A stretch of DNA of 64,000 bases, taken from assembly GCA_964415355.1 (NCBI GenBank), contig CAYPYS010000003.1, positions 68,156-132,155 on the forward strand, read 5' to 3'. This DNA comes from an uncultured Planctomycetia bacterium (lineage in GTDB: Bacteria > Omnitrophota > Gorgyraeia > Gorgyraeales > Gorgyraeaceae). A program made the position numbers and the translations under genes. The notes under the pieces are model-generated. The model saw only the letters and a program-made list of their open reading frames with translations, had not been told where the DNA came from and made no database searches. Positions 1 through 9,087 of this stretch are shown piece by piece; positions within the stretch are counted from its first letter, which is position 1; every line of letters starts with the position of its first letter.

Positions 1-453
1 TTGCAATACTATAGGGCCTGCGTCCATATCATGGGTCACAAAGTGTACGGTCGGACCAGTCACCTTCACCCCATATTCGAACGCGTCTTTTATCCCATGC
101 GTGCCCTTAAATGAAGGCAGGAGCGCAGGATGTATATTTAAAATTTTATTCTTATACGCTGCCACAAAGTCAGGCGAAAGCATCTTCATATAGCCGGCAA
201 GCGCTATTAATTCTATCTTTTCTTTTTTAAGATTTTTCAAAATTTCGCCTTCAAAGTCTTCCTTCGACTTGAAATCCTTTCTTTCAACCGCGAGGGTCTT
301 GATCCCGGCTTTCCTGGCCCGGGTCAGGGCAAAACAATCCGGCACGTCTGAGACAACCAGCTTTAAATCCGCCTTTATACGGCCTCTTTTATGCGCCTCT
401 ATTATGGCCTGCAGATTCGTCCCGCTTCCCGAACAAAACACCGCTATATTCAT
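1..453 (-). CDS. purN: Phosphoribosylglycinamide formyltransferase (3' end outside window)
   Basis: Manual translation from ATG at 453: MNIAVFCSGSGTNLQAII...LAGYMKML...NIHPALLPSFKG...TGPTVHFV...DAGPI. Confidence 0.95.
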   Translation of the reverse strand, partial: MNIAVFCSGSGTNLQAIIEAHKRGRIKADLKLVVSDVPDCFALTRARKAGIKTLAVERKDFKSKEDFEGEILKNLKKEKIELIALAGYMKMLSPDFVAAYKNKILNIHPALLPSFKGTHGIKDAFEYGVKVTGPTVHFVTHDMDAGPIVLQ

Positions 454-467
454 CTTCCCCTCCGTCC

Positions 468-504
468 TAACTTTACACTTTAACGTTGTTAAAGTGTAAA
501 GTTA
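468..504. repeat. 37-bp palindromic element, copy 1 (perfect arms; supplies trxA stop)
   Basis: TAACTTTACACTTTAAC-GTT-GTTAAAGTGTAAAGTTA. Confidence 0.95.
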
Positions 505-822
505 AGCAAGCATTTCCTCTATCTTTTCTGTAATATTATCCTTAGAGGCAACTCCTACGACTCTTGTAAATTCCTTTCCATCCTTGAATAATATAATAGT
601 AGGTATATTCATCACGCCGAACTTTGTAGCAACAGCCATTGCGTCGTCTATATTGAGCTTCGCGACCTTGCATCTTCCTTTGTACTCGTTCGCTAGCTGC
701 TCTATAATAGGGGCTATCATCTTGCATGGCATGCACCACGTCGCCCAGAAATCCACGATTACAGGTTTGTCTGATTGCAAAACCTCGGCTTCGAAATTTT
801 CTTGTCCCAGTTGCAACATCAT
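502..822 (-). CDS. trxA: Thioredoxin
   Basis: VDFWATWCMPCKMIAP CxxC motif; start at MMLQ (822) overlapping the rnfB stop. Confidence 0.95.
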   Translation of the reverse strand: MMLQLGQENFEAEVLQSDKPVIVDFWATWCMPCKMIAPIIEQLANEYKGRCKVAKLNIDDAMAVATKFGVMNIPTIILFKDGKEFTRVVGVASKDNITEKIEEMLA

Positions 823-1625
823 TCTCTCCCTTCTCTGTCTCCTGGCCCTATAATACACCCGGTAGGACACTTTTTAACACAGATGTCCAATGCTTTTGCA
901 TCGTTCGTCTTTTTATAATCCAATCTTGATAGGTTATTCTCTACAATGAACGCGCCCTTCGAGAGCTTTTCGCAAACCTTACATGCAATACAACCTGCCT
1001 TGCATGCATTTTTCACAAAAGTTATTTTGTCGCGAGACAGGCACTTAACATAATACATTTCTCTTGCATCTTCAAGAGAAATAATATCTTTAGGACAAGT
1101 AGCCACGCATTTGCCACATGCAGTGCATTTATCAGGGTCGACTACAGGAATACCGGCTTTCCTCATGTGGATAGCGTCAAAAGGACATATCGCAACGCAA
1201 TCCCCAAAACCAAGACATCCAAATTTACATATTTTCTGGCCATCGGCGATCAAGCTCGCTGCTCGGCAAGTCTGAACACCTTCGTATAAAAACTTGTCCT
1301 TCGCATTCTTGCCTCCGCCGCACTTGACCTGTGCTATCTTTTTCTGCACAGAGACCCTCTCGGTGCCAAGTATCTCTGCTATCTTAAAATACACTTCTTC
1401 CCCGCCAGCAGAACAACTAGTCAGACTCGCGTCTCCTTTTGCGATAGATTCTGCCAATGCAGCGCATCCTGCTTTTCCGCAGGCCCCGCAATTAGAGCCC
1501 GGTAGCGCCGAAAGCACCCTGTCTATCTTGGGGTCGACTTCGACTCTGAATATCCTGGAGGCAAAAGCCAGGCCCAATCCAAAAAGAACGCCCATGCTCA
1601 ACATTATAATAATAGGCACGATCAT
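819..1625 (-). CDS. rnfB: Rnf complex subunit B
   Basis: N-terminal TM, LPGSNCGACGKAGC, several ferredoxin Cys motifs. Confidence 0.93.
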   Translation of the reverse strand: MIVPIIIMLSMGVLFGLGLAFASRIFRVEVDPKIDRVLSALPGSNCGACGKAGCAALAESIAKGDASLTSCSAGGEEVYFKIAEILGTERVSVQKKIAQVKCGGGKNAKDKFLYEGVQTCRAASLIADGQKICKFGCLGFGDCVAICPFDAIHMRKAGIPVVDPDKCTACGKCVATCPKDIISLEDAREMYYVKCLSRDKITFVKNACKAGCIACKVCEKLSKGAFIVENNLSRLDYKKTNDAKALDICVKKCPTGCIIGPGDREGRE

Positions 1626-1626
1626 A

Positions 1627-2235
1627 TTAAAACCTGAATCCTGCAAATCCCATAAATGCCATTGACATAAGAGAAGCTACGATAAAAGCTATAGGCATAT
1701 CCTTAAAAGGCTTTGGCACGTCACAAAGTTCAAGCCTTTCGCGTATGCCTGACATAAAAAGTAACACTATTGTAAAACCTATTCCCGCGCAGAAACCTTG
1801 AGTCACACAAAATAAGAAACTCTCTATAAAGCTCTCCTGGACCTTAAGAAACATCTCACTGTTTAAAACTGCCACGCCAAACACAGCGCAATTCGTAGTA
1901 ATGAGGGCGAGGTAGATTCCAAAGACCCTGTATAGAGCCGGGCTAAACTTCTGTATAAACATCTCTATGAGCTGCACAAAACTCGCGATCACCAGTATAA
2001 ATGACAAGGTGCGCAAATATTCTATGTGGAAAGGTTTCAATAAAAAGCTATACACTGCCCAGGTAATAATCGAAGAAGCGGTCATAACAAATGTCACAGC
2101 AAGTCCCATATAAAAAGCAGAGCGACTCTCTTTTGATACGCCTATAAACGGGCAAAGGCCCAGAAATTTAGAGAGAATAAAATTATTAATAAATATAACA
2201 CTTATCGCTATCATTAAAAACTGATTGAATTCCAT
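1627..2235 (-). CDS. rnfA: Rnf complex subunit A
   Basis: NNFILSKFLGLCPF, LITTNCAVFG. Confidence 0.95.
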   Translation of the reverse strand: MEFNQFLMIAISVIFINNFILSKFLGLCPFIGVSKESRSAFYMGLAVTFVMTASSIITWAVYSFLLKPFHIEYLRTLSFILVIASFVQLIEMFIQKFSPALYRVFGIYLALITTNCAVFGVAVLNSEMFLKVQESFIESFLFCVTQGFCAGIGFTIVLLFMSGIRERLELCDVPKPFKDMPIAFIVASLMSMAFMGFAGFRF

Positions 2236-2237
2236 TG

Positions 2238-2825
2238 TTATTTCCTCGTCACATGATTCACAATGCCTATCAACAACCCTATGACCAAAAGCGCGCCAGG
2301 CGCAAGTATGAATAAAATAGCTGGTTCAAATCCCTTAACGATCACAAGCCCTGCTAATGTCCCATTGCCCAAAGACTCTCTTATTGCTGAGATAAGAACA
2401 AGGGCCAACGTAAAACCAACCCCCATACCAAGTCCGTCAAAGATGGCCCTTGTTACGCCGTATTTTGACGCAAAGGCCTCTGCCCTGCCCAGTACAATGC
2501 AATTCACTACAATAAGCGGGACGAATATACCCAATGACTTTGATAATGCTGGAAAATACGCCTTCATAACCAGCTCGACTATGGTAACAAACGTAGCTAT
2601 GATGACAATAAAACAGGGTATCCTTATTCTTTTTGGTATAAAATCCCTGATGCTCGAGATGATGATGTTCGAACCGAGCATCACAAAGGTAGCCGCAATA
2701 CCCATGCCGAATCCGTTTCCTACACTGGTCGAGACTGCCAATGTCGGGCACAAACCCAGCGCTAGCCTGAAAGTCGGGTTCTCGCGGATAATACCTTTTA
2801 GGAATTCCTGGAATAGTTTTTTCAT
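2238..2825 (-). CDS. rnfE: Rnf complex subunit E
   Basis: ENPTFRLALGLCPTLAVS, PLIVVNCIVLGRAE. Confidence 0.95.
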   Translation of the reverse strand: MKKLFQEFLKGIIRENPTFRLALGLCPTLAVSTSVGNGFGMGIAATFVMLGSNIIISSIRDFIPKRIRIPCFIVIIATFVTIVELVMKAYFPALSKSLGIFVPLIVVNCIVLGRAEAFASKYGVTRAIFDGLGMGVGFTLALVLISAIRESLGNGTLAGLVIVKGFEPAILFILAPGALLVIGLLIGIVNHVTRK

Positions 2826-2827
2826 TT

Positions 2828-3760
2828 CTATCTCTTGCCGTACACCCTTGTCTTTGTATACCTATCTATAATAGGCACCATGGCGTTCATAAAAAGTATT
2901 GCATACGAAACACCTTCTGGATACCCGCCTCTTAATCTTATAACTGCTGTCAATACGCCGCATCCTATACCAAATATGATCTTTCCTTTCCTGGTAAGCG
3001 GCCGTGTAACATAGTCTGTCGCCATGAAAAAAGCACCCAACACTAAACCACCTGTCAGAAAGTGAAAAATAAAATCACCTTTTAAAAGACCATCCCCTCC
3101 GAAAATCCAGACCAGTATCATTGTTGTGCCTATAAAACTCGCGGGTATGTGAAAAGATATGATCTTTGTCATAAGCAAGACTGCAGCACCTATCAATAAA
3201 AGCAATATAGAGACCTCTCCTATGCAGCCTCCGTGATTTCCAAGAAAAAGGTCCACATAAGAAAAGACTTGGGTGGTTTCTTTTGCTAAAGGCGTTGCGG
3301 TTGAAACAGCATCAGGAAACCATCTCGGGTTTTTCCACGTGGTCATATACACTGGCCACGAGATCTGTAAAAATACCCTGCCGATAAGAGCGGGATTGAA
3401 AATATTGTGACCCAGCCCGCCAAAGATCTGCTTTCCTATGACAATGCTAACTACGCCTCCGACTACAGGAAGCCACAGAGGCATCTCGGGCGGGAGATTG
3501 TACGCCAGAAGTAATCCTGTTAGAAAAGCGCTCCCGTCTAAAATAGCCTTTGGATCTTTATTTCTGAGTTTCAAAAATATAAACTCGCTTACAATGCAAG
3601 ATATGATACAGAGAAGCGTGACCTTTAAACTCGAGAGGCCAAAAATGTATATACCTGCGACTCCTGCCGGTATAAGCGAGAGTATCACGATATACATGAT
3701 CCTCTGCGTTGTAAGAGGTGATTTAATATGCGGAGCTGAGGAAACGGTTAATTTGTTCAT
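2828..3760 (-). CDS. rnfD: Rnf complex subunit D
   Basis: SSAPHI, GGLGHNIFNPAL, STATPL FMN site, MATDYVT. Confidence 0.95.
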   Translation of the reverse strand: MNKLTVSSAPHIKSPLTTQRIMYIVILSLIPAGVAGIYIFGLSSLKVTLLCIISCIVSEFIFLKLRNKDPKAILDGSAFLTGLLLAYNLPPEMPLWLPVVGGVVSIVIGKQIFGGLGHNIFNPALIGRVFLQISWPVYMTTWKNPRWFPDAVSTATPLAKETTQVFSYVDLFLGNHGGCIGEVSILLLLIGAAVLLMTKIISFHIPASFIGTTMILVWIFGGDGLLKGDFIFHFLTGGLVLGAFFMATDYVTRPLTRKGKIIFGIGCGVLTAVIRLRGGYPEGVSYAILFMNAMVPIIDRYTKTRVYGKR

Positions 3761-3779
3761 AGCAATCTCTGAGAGTTCT

Positions 3780-3816
3780 TAAGTTTACATTTCAACAACG
3801 TTAAAGTGTAAACTTA
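3780..3816. repeat. Palindromic element copy 2 (AAGTTT/AAACTT subfamily), between rnfG and rnfD
   Basis: TAAGTTTACATTTCAACAACGTTAAAGTGTAAACTTA. Confidence 0.95.
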
Positions 3817-3824
3817 AGCAATGA

Positions 3825-4436
3825 CTACCTCTCTATTATCTCCAATCCTTTTTCTCTTATCGAATCTAGCACGGCCTCGCTGGATATAGTCGCTCCGGAA
3901 ATAGCATGGATGTTAGCGTCTTCGCAAAATTCCAGCTTATAAATATTGCATCCGTTAAACTGTTCGGTAAAATAAGGAAGTCTTTCCCTCTCAGCTTCTC
4001 TCTCTTGTAAAAAAAACTGTTTTAACGCCTTTGATATTGTCTTATCAGATACTACCTCTGTTATTTTAGCCCCGAGGCCCGGAGTTTCGTTCTGACTGAG
4101 CATCCTTACTCCGGTTATGGTGCCGTCTTTTTTTATCCCTACCATTGTCTCGATGACACTGGAATAACCATATTTTTTTGCGATAAACACATAGCCCTGC
4201 GGCCTGCCGCTGGACCCCTTGAACACTTCCCAGTATTTTACAGCGCCATTCTCTTCTACAGGTTCAATACGGTCCCCCACTGTCGCCGGGATTACCTGCT
4301 CCAAGGCATTCTCTTTGACCATAGCCTCTTGCATTTCTATTTTTGGTTTTGTAATAAAATAAACACTGGCCAAGACAGACGCTGCCACTAAATTCACCAA
4401 ACCCAGCACCAATGTAAACCGCAAAATACTCTTCAT
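3825..4436 (-). CDS. rnfG: Rnf complex subunit G
   Basis: N-terminal TM, ETPGLG, AISGATISS FMN-attachment motif. Confidence 0.93.
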   Translation of the reverse strand: MKSILRFTLVLGLVNLVAASVLASVYFITKPKIEMQEAMVKENALEQVIPATVGDRIEPVEENGAVKYWEVFKGSSGRPQGYVFIAKKYGYSSVIETMVGIKKDGTITGVRMLSQNETPGLGAKITEVVSDKTISKALKQFFLQEREAERERLPYFTEQFNGCNIYKLEFCEDANIHAISGATISSEAVLDSIREKGLEIIER

Positions 4437-4443
4437 AATCCCC

Positions 4444-4480
4444 TAACTTTACACTTTAACGTTGTTGAAATGTAAAGTTA
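4444..4480. repeat. Palindromic element copy 3 (supplies rnfC stop)
   Basis: TAACTTTACACTTTAACGTTGTTGAAATGTAAAGTTA. Confidence 0.95.
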
Positions 4481-5785
4481 ACTCTTTGCTTTTCTCTTGG
4501 CTAACTTTATAAGCTGCAATAGCGGTATCTTCGACGGGCATACATAGTCGCACGAGCCGCATTCAATGCAGTCAAGCGGACTATAAGAATTCGCTATGTC
4601 AAATCTATTATTTTGCGCACCGAGGCCGATCATGCATGGCATGAGACCTGCGGGGCACGCTTCAATGCATCGCGAGCATCTTATGCAACTTACCTCACCC
4701 GGAGATTTAAAACTTTCGTCCAAGACAAGGATGCCCGAAGTCCCTTTTACAACCGGCGCATCTAAACTAAATTGCGCAATCCCTGTCATAGGCCCACCCA
4801 TTATAATCTTATAAATATTGCGCTCGGCATCGAATCCGCAAAATTCCAATAAATCTTTTATGGGCGTGCCTATCCTCGCTAAGACATTCTTAGGCTCTTT
4901 TAAAAAACTGCCTGATACCGTAACAACCCTTTCATACAATGGCTTGCCGAAATATACTGCCTCATAAATAGCAAAAACCGTCTGAACATTGCTTACAACG
5001 CATCCTATGTCAAGCGGCAACCCACCAGAAGGTACCTCGCGATTAAAAAGCGTCTTTATAAGCTGCTTTTCACCCCCTTGCGGATACTGTGTCTTTAGCT
5101 TAACTATCCTGACGCCTGACGCCTGAGGCCTGAGGCTGATTAGCGCATTTCTCAGTTTTTCTATAGCATCTATCTTATTGTCTTCTATCCCTATTATTAT
5201 ATCTTTTACGCCCAGCGCACAGGCAACAAGATCAATCCCCAGAAGGATCTCTTTTGGCCGCTCAAGCATCAAGCGATGATCACAGGTAAGAAGAGGCTCG
5301 CATTCTGCACCATTTATAATCAAGGTGTCAATATTTTTGCCACGGGGAAGACTCAGCTTAACGTGCGTGGGAAACGCCGCCCCTCCCAATCCTACGATAC
5401 CCGCATCTTTTACGATATTCACGATCTCTTCTTTCGAAAAAGAAGGCTTATCCGTTCGTGAACCTGAAAATGCCTTGATATCTTTGCCGTCAGATTCTAC
5501 TGTAATAGACTTAAAAGAACCAGCAATGGGATGAACATTATCTTCAATAGCAATCACCTTGCCGGATACGCTAGAATGCAAGTTGCTGGAGATAAAGCTC
5601 TTGCCCCTGGCAATAAGAGAGCCTGTCTTTACGCTGTCCCCAATATTAACAATTGGTTCTGAAGGCAAGCCTGCGTGTTGACTCAAGGCGAGCATGACCT
5701 TTTTGGGTAAAGGTATTCTCTCGATCTTCTTTAGTATCGTAGATTCTTTAAGTTCGGGTGGGTGTATAAAATTCATCTTGGACAT
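4478..5785 (-). CDS. rnfC: Rnf complex subunit C
   Basis: GIVGLGGAAFPTHVK, NGAECEP, YPQGGEKQL, two 4Fe-4S motifs. Confidence 0.96.
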   Translation of the reverse strand: MSKMNFIHPPELKESTILKKIERIPLPKKVMLALSQHAGLPSEPIVNIGDSVKTGSLIARGKSFISSNLHSSVSGKVIAIEDNVHPIAGSFKSITVESDGKDIKAFSGSRTDKPSFSKEEIVNIVKDAGIVGLGGAAFPTHVKLSLPRGKNIDTLIINGAECEPLLTCDHRLMLERPKEILLGIDLVACALGVKDIIIGIEDNKIDAIEKLRNALISLRPQASGVRIVKLKTQYPQGGEKQLIKTLFNREVPSGGLPLDIGCVVSNVQTVFAIYEAVYFGKPLYERVVTVSGSFLKEPKNVLARIGTPIKDLLEFCGFDAERNIYKIIMGGPMTGIAQFSLDAPVVKGTSGILVLDESFKSPGEVSCIRCSRCIEACPAGLMPCMIGLGAQNNRFDIANSYSPLDCIECGSCDYVCPSKIPLLQLIKLAKRKAKS

Positions 5786-5796
5786 GAGTTCATATT

Positions 5797-5847
5797 ATTA
5801 TACAAAAAAGCGGCTTCCTTGACAACCTTTTTGGCATAATGTAAACT
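5797..5847. promoter_or_regulatory. Overlapping divergent sigma70 promoters (rnfC and small Cys-rich gene)
   Basis: Minus: TTGTCA-N17-TATAAT. Plus: TTGACA(5819)-N17-TAAACT(5842). Confidence 0.65.
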
Positions 5848-5867
5848 TGGAATCAGGAGAAAATCAT

Positions 5868-6029
5868 ATGGCCATAGGTGACTTTGGGCAATGTTGTACA
5901 GATTGCCAGATCTATTGGACCTGCGAAACAAAATGGTACAGAGGAGAGCGCCACGAAGAAAACCTCTGCTGCAACGCCTGCAATTATCACAACGAGTGTA
6001 AAAAAATCTTCAAAAAGAGAAAAAATTAA
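5868..6029 (+). CDS. Small Cys-rich protein (53 aa, two CCxxCx5C motifs)
   Basis: AGGAG RBS, own promoter, 8 Cys in a duplicated pattern. Confidence 0.7.
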   Translation: MAIGDFGQCCTDCQIYWTCETKWYRGERHEENLCCNACNYHNECKKIFKKRKN

Positions 6030-6033
6030 TCTC

Positions 6034-6070
6034 TAACTTTACATTTCAACAACGTTAAAATGTAAAGTTA
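6034..6070. repeat. Palindromic element copy 4 (supplies MFS gene stop)
   Basis: TAACTTTACATTTCAACAACGTTAAAATGTAAAGTTA. Confidence 0.95.
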
Positions 6071-7315
6071 GGCTTTTGGCGATTTTGACCGAATCAGTTT
6101 CACAAATCCTATCGCAGAAAATACCGTCCCGACTATAACAAGAATCAACTCTTTCCTCACCCATTCAGCAATCAAAGAAACAAATATCATAAATAAAAGA
6201 AAAGCGATATGCATTATTATATCTATTGAGCTAAATACCCTACCTCTCATTTTTTCTTCCATTACCTCATGCAAAAGCGTACTAGAGGAAACGACGATAG
6301 GAGAAGCGAGTAGGCCTATAAGCATGGAAAACGCGGCTGCAACAAAAAAATAAGGCCACAACTTTAGCCCAATAGCAAATAAAACTATAGCCAATCCCGT
6401 AAGGCACAGACCAAAATTTATTGTTTTTCTTTTGCAGAATCTTCCACCGAACCTCCCATATGCCAGCGAGCCAAATAATAAACCTATACCCAAAAACATC
6501 GCCAAAAAGCCAAGATGTTCGGTCGAAGAGTGCAATCTGTCCTGGATAAATACTATTATTATAATATAAATAGATCCGACTCCAGCCATCATCAAGAACA
6601 TGGTATTTGCGATCATTCTTATGTCCTTATGGTTCTTCAGATATAACAACCCTTCCTTTATGTCTCCTAATATTGTCTTTTTTATAATGAACTTTAGCTT
6701 CTCTCTGGCTCTAGAAACCTTAGGTCCAGCTTTAAACTTGAAAACAACAAATGAAACCATTATAGCGGAAATAAAATATGTAACAGAATCCACATAAAAT
6801 CCGCCTTTTGCTCCTAGCTTTGCCACTATTAAGCCTCCGAGACCAAACCCAACAACAGCTGCGATCATTCTGGTAGTGGACGTCAAAGAATTAGCAAGGA
6901 GTAATTTGTCTTTCTGCACAATATCAGGAATTATTGCAAGTTTGGACGGCAGAAAAAATCTTGTAACAGAGAAAATAAGAAACACCATAATATATACGGG
7001 TGCCATGCTCTCTGAACATGATATGACCAACGGCATAAAAAGCACCAATATGCCTCTTAATAGATCGCAAGCTACCATTGTGTATTTTCTATTCCACCTA
7101 TCAACACAAATACCAGCGATCGGGCCTACGATAAAAACAGGAAGTATGGTAAAAGATAAAAGCTTGGCAAGCTCTATGGTAGAACCTGGCATTCGCGCGT
7201 ATATAAGACCTATTAGCGCCATCTGATTAAGCCTATCGCCAAAATTCGATATGATTTGGGAAACCCAAAGGAGTGAAAAATTTTTATCTCTTAAAAGCTC
7301 TCTTAATCTCGCCAC
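6068..7315 (-). CDS. MFS transporter (DHA3/H+ antiporter-like)
   Basis: NFSLLWVSQIISNFGD, AGICVDRWNRK, MRGRVFS. Likely GTG start at 7315; the upstream ORF extension runs through the tRNA duplication. Confidence 0.88.
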   Translation of the reverse strand: MARLRELLRDKNFSLLWVSQIISNFGDRLNQMALIGLIYARMPGSTIELAKLLSFTILPVFIVGPIAGICVDRWNRKYTMVACDLLRGILVLFMPLVISCSESMAPVYIMVFLIFSVTRFFLPSKLAIIPDIVQKDKLLLANSLTSTTRMIAAVVGFGLGGLIVAKLGAKGGFYVDSVTYFISAIMVSFVVFKFKAGPKVSRAREKLKFIIKKTILGDIKEGLLYLKNHKDIRMIANTMFLMMAGVGSIYIIIIVFIQDRLHSSTEHLGFLAMFLGIGLLFGSLAYGRFGGRFCKRKTINFGLCLTGLAIVLFAIGLKLWPYFFVAAAFSMLIGLLASPIVVSSSTLLHEVMEEKMRGRVFSSIDIIMHIAFLLFMIFVSLIAEWVRKELILVIVGTVFSAIGFVKLIRSKSPKA

Positions 7316-7325
7316 TTTTAATCTT

Positions 7326-7491
7326 TCAGTATTTCTGGAGCCGATGAGAGGATTCGGCGCTTCATCCTTCGGATGAAGTCGGCCAGCCGCTTTGCTGGCG
7401 CTGCTCCTTTTAGTCGCAGCTTTTCCTCGCTTTGCTCGGCGCAAAGCTCCATTCGAATCCTCAGTATTTCTGGAGCCGATGAGAGGATTCG
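7326..7491. repeat. 31-bp direct repeat of the tRNA-Thr 3' end enclosing a hairpin-rich 104-bp segment
   Basis: TCAGTATTTCTGGAGCCGATGAGAGGATTCG at 7326-7356 and 7461-7491. Confidence 0.9.
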
Positions 7492-7546
7492 AACCTCCGA
7501 CCTGAGCTTTACGAAAGCCCTGCTCTGCCAGCTGAGCTACATCGGC
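7471..7546 (-). tRNA. tRNA-Thr(CGT)
   Basis: GCCGATGTAGCTCAG...GGGCT-TTCGTAA-AGCTC...GGTTCGAATCC...CCA. Confidence 0.96.
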
Positions 7547-7623
7547 ATGTGTTTTGAGACAATTATACCATTAACTGAAAATCTAGGAAATCAAAATCTT
7601 TATGGATATTCCCAACTTATGCA

Positions 7624-7652
7624 TTGACAAGGCATTTTAAAGCATATATAAT
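7624..7652 (+). promoter_or_regulatory. Consensus sigma70 promoter
   Basis: TTGACA-N17-TATAAT upstream of the small lipoprotein gene. Confidence 0.8.
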
Positions 7653-7699
7653 CTCTTCTCTTTATATTGTTGTTAAAAATTTTATTGAAAGGGGGTATC

Positions 7700-7831
7700 T
7701 TGAAAAAATTAAAATTATACATCTTGGCAATACTTGTTTCTACGATTGCTATAAGCCTTACCGGCTGCGGGACAATAGAAGGAGTCCGCAAGGATATACG
7801 TGTCGTGGGTAAAGTTTTAAGTAATGCATGA
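7700..7831 (+). CDS. Entericidin EcnA/B-like small lipoprotein (43 aa, not in ORF track)
   Basis: TTG start after GGGGG RBS: MKKLKLYILAILVSTIAISLTGCGTIEGVRKDIRVVGKVLSNA; LTGC lipobox. Confidence 0.8.
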   Translation: MKKLKLYILAILVSTIAISLTGCGTIEGVRKDIRVVGKVLSNA

Positions 7832-7892
7832 TTAAAAATTCTTCCGCACTTATACTTCCTAAATAAAAAGAGGGCACTAAAAATTTAATATC

Positions 7893-7929
7893 TAACTTTA
7901 CACTTCAACGTTGTTGAAATGTAAAGTTA
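7893..7929. repeat. Palindromic element copy 5 (supplies stop)
   Basis: TAACTTTACACTTCAACGTTGTTGAAATGTAAAGTTA. Confidence 0.95.
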
Positions 7930-8526
7930 GGCGGGTTGAGCTTTTTTGGGCAGGAAAAATCTGAATACCTTTTTTACGAATCTGAACATCATCTTCAAAA
8001 ACCATATGGAAAACAGGACAAAAAGGATTACGATTATGCCGGTTATAATAGGGTGATTGACGATCATCCAAAGCGCACCCACCACCATGGCATCTTCTGA
8101 TACGCTGGCAATCGAATTAGTAACCGGCTCCGGTGAAGTATTTATAGCAACGCGGGCGGTGGCCTTTGTCAGGTGAGAGTCCATCGCGACTGTTCCGCTT
8201 AAAAGAGCAGCCGGGATCTGCGCAACCGGGCCTATGTCAGCCATCGCCATATAAGATAATGCAGCGCCGCCTATAGGCCTTATAAAAGTATGAACGGAAT
8301 CCCATACAGAATCAACCAGAGGGATCTTATCAGCAAAAAACTCAACCGCATACATCAATATAGCGACAGCGATAATAAGAGGATTGGAAATAACATCTAA
8401 ATTTCCGGGCAGATTTATAACGCCCATCTTATCCATAATTCCCAATCCCGCGATAGTCAGATAAAGATTCACGCCAGATGCCCAGGAACCACCTAAAAGG
8501 ACTCCTAAATTACTTAACACTTCCAT
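7927..8526 (-). CDS. DUF4126-family membrane protein
   Basis: WASGVNLY, EFFADKIP, WDSVHTFIRP, NTSPEP, SVSED. Confidence 0.85.
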   Translation of the reverse strand: MEVLSNLGVLLGGSWASGVNLYLTIAGLGIMDKMGVINLPGNLDVISNPLIIAVAILMYAVEFFADKIPLVDSVWDSVHTFIRPIGGAALSYMAMADIGPVAQIPAALLSGTVAMDSHLTKATARVAINTSPEPVTNSIASVSEDAMVVGALWMIVNHPIITGIIVILFVLFSIWFLKMMFRFVKKVFRFFLPKKAQPA

Positions 8527-8541
8527 ATCGCACCACCTTGT

Positions 8542-9069
8542 CTAAACTTGAAACGTCAAGTTAACTGCATCAGGCACGATCCTTGAAACTATAAGAAAAA
8601 ACATGATTATCGCTATTACAACCTTTGCTACTATCGATCCGATTCTTCCCAAAACACTTCCAAGTCCTGCTTTGATCGATTTTACAAGATCTCTTTGTAT
8701 AAAAAATTCCACGAGAAACGCTCCGAGAAAAATACCCAAGAGCGTCCCAAGCACAATCCCTACCCCAAATACCGGTGTCCCTAAAATAGCTCCTGCAATG
8801 CCTCCGATGATCGCGCCTACAATCGCAGGATTTGACGCGCCGAATCTCTTGCCGCCTATTATAACAAAGACATATTCCAAGACCTCGCCGCATAAATATA
8901 GAAGCAGTAAAATTATAAGTATCCTTGGATCTAAAACGAGAAAATCTGTGAGGGATGAATAAATGATAGACCCTAATAATATAATCAAGGTCCCAAACGT
9001 AGTGAAGAAAATAGCCGTAAAGCCTATTATGCTAAATATTACTAAAATTATTAACGCCAAAATCTCCAT
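8542..9069 (-). CDS. DUF456-family membrane protein
   Basis: Hydrophobic; GGKRFGAS..GAIIGG..FLGAFLVE. Confidence 0.8.
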   Translation of the reverse strand: MEILALIILVIFSIIGFTAIFFTTFGTLIILLGSIIYSSLTDFLVLDPRILIILLLLYLCGEVLEYVFVIIGGKRFGASNPAIVGAIIGGIAGAILGTPVFGVGIVLGTLLGIFLGAFLVEFFIQRDLVKSIKAGLGSVLGRIGSIVAKVVIAIIMFFLIVSRIVPDAVNLTFQV

Positions 9070-9087
9070 TTTTTGGCTCTCGGCGCT

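Noticed and set aside
4444-4480. Repeat as an ordinary intrinsic terminator
   Set aside because: AU-rich stem, no consistent U-tract, near-identical sequence at many loci, and located inside tightly linked operons.
7316-7444. N-terminal extension of the MFS ORF
   Set aside because: It runs through the tRNA duplication and hairpins; GTG at 7315 gives a normal MFS length.
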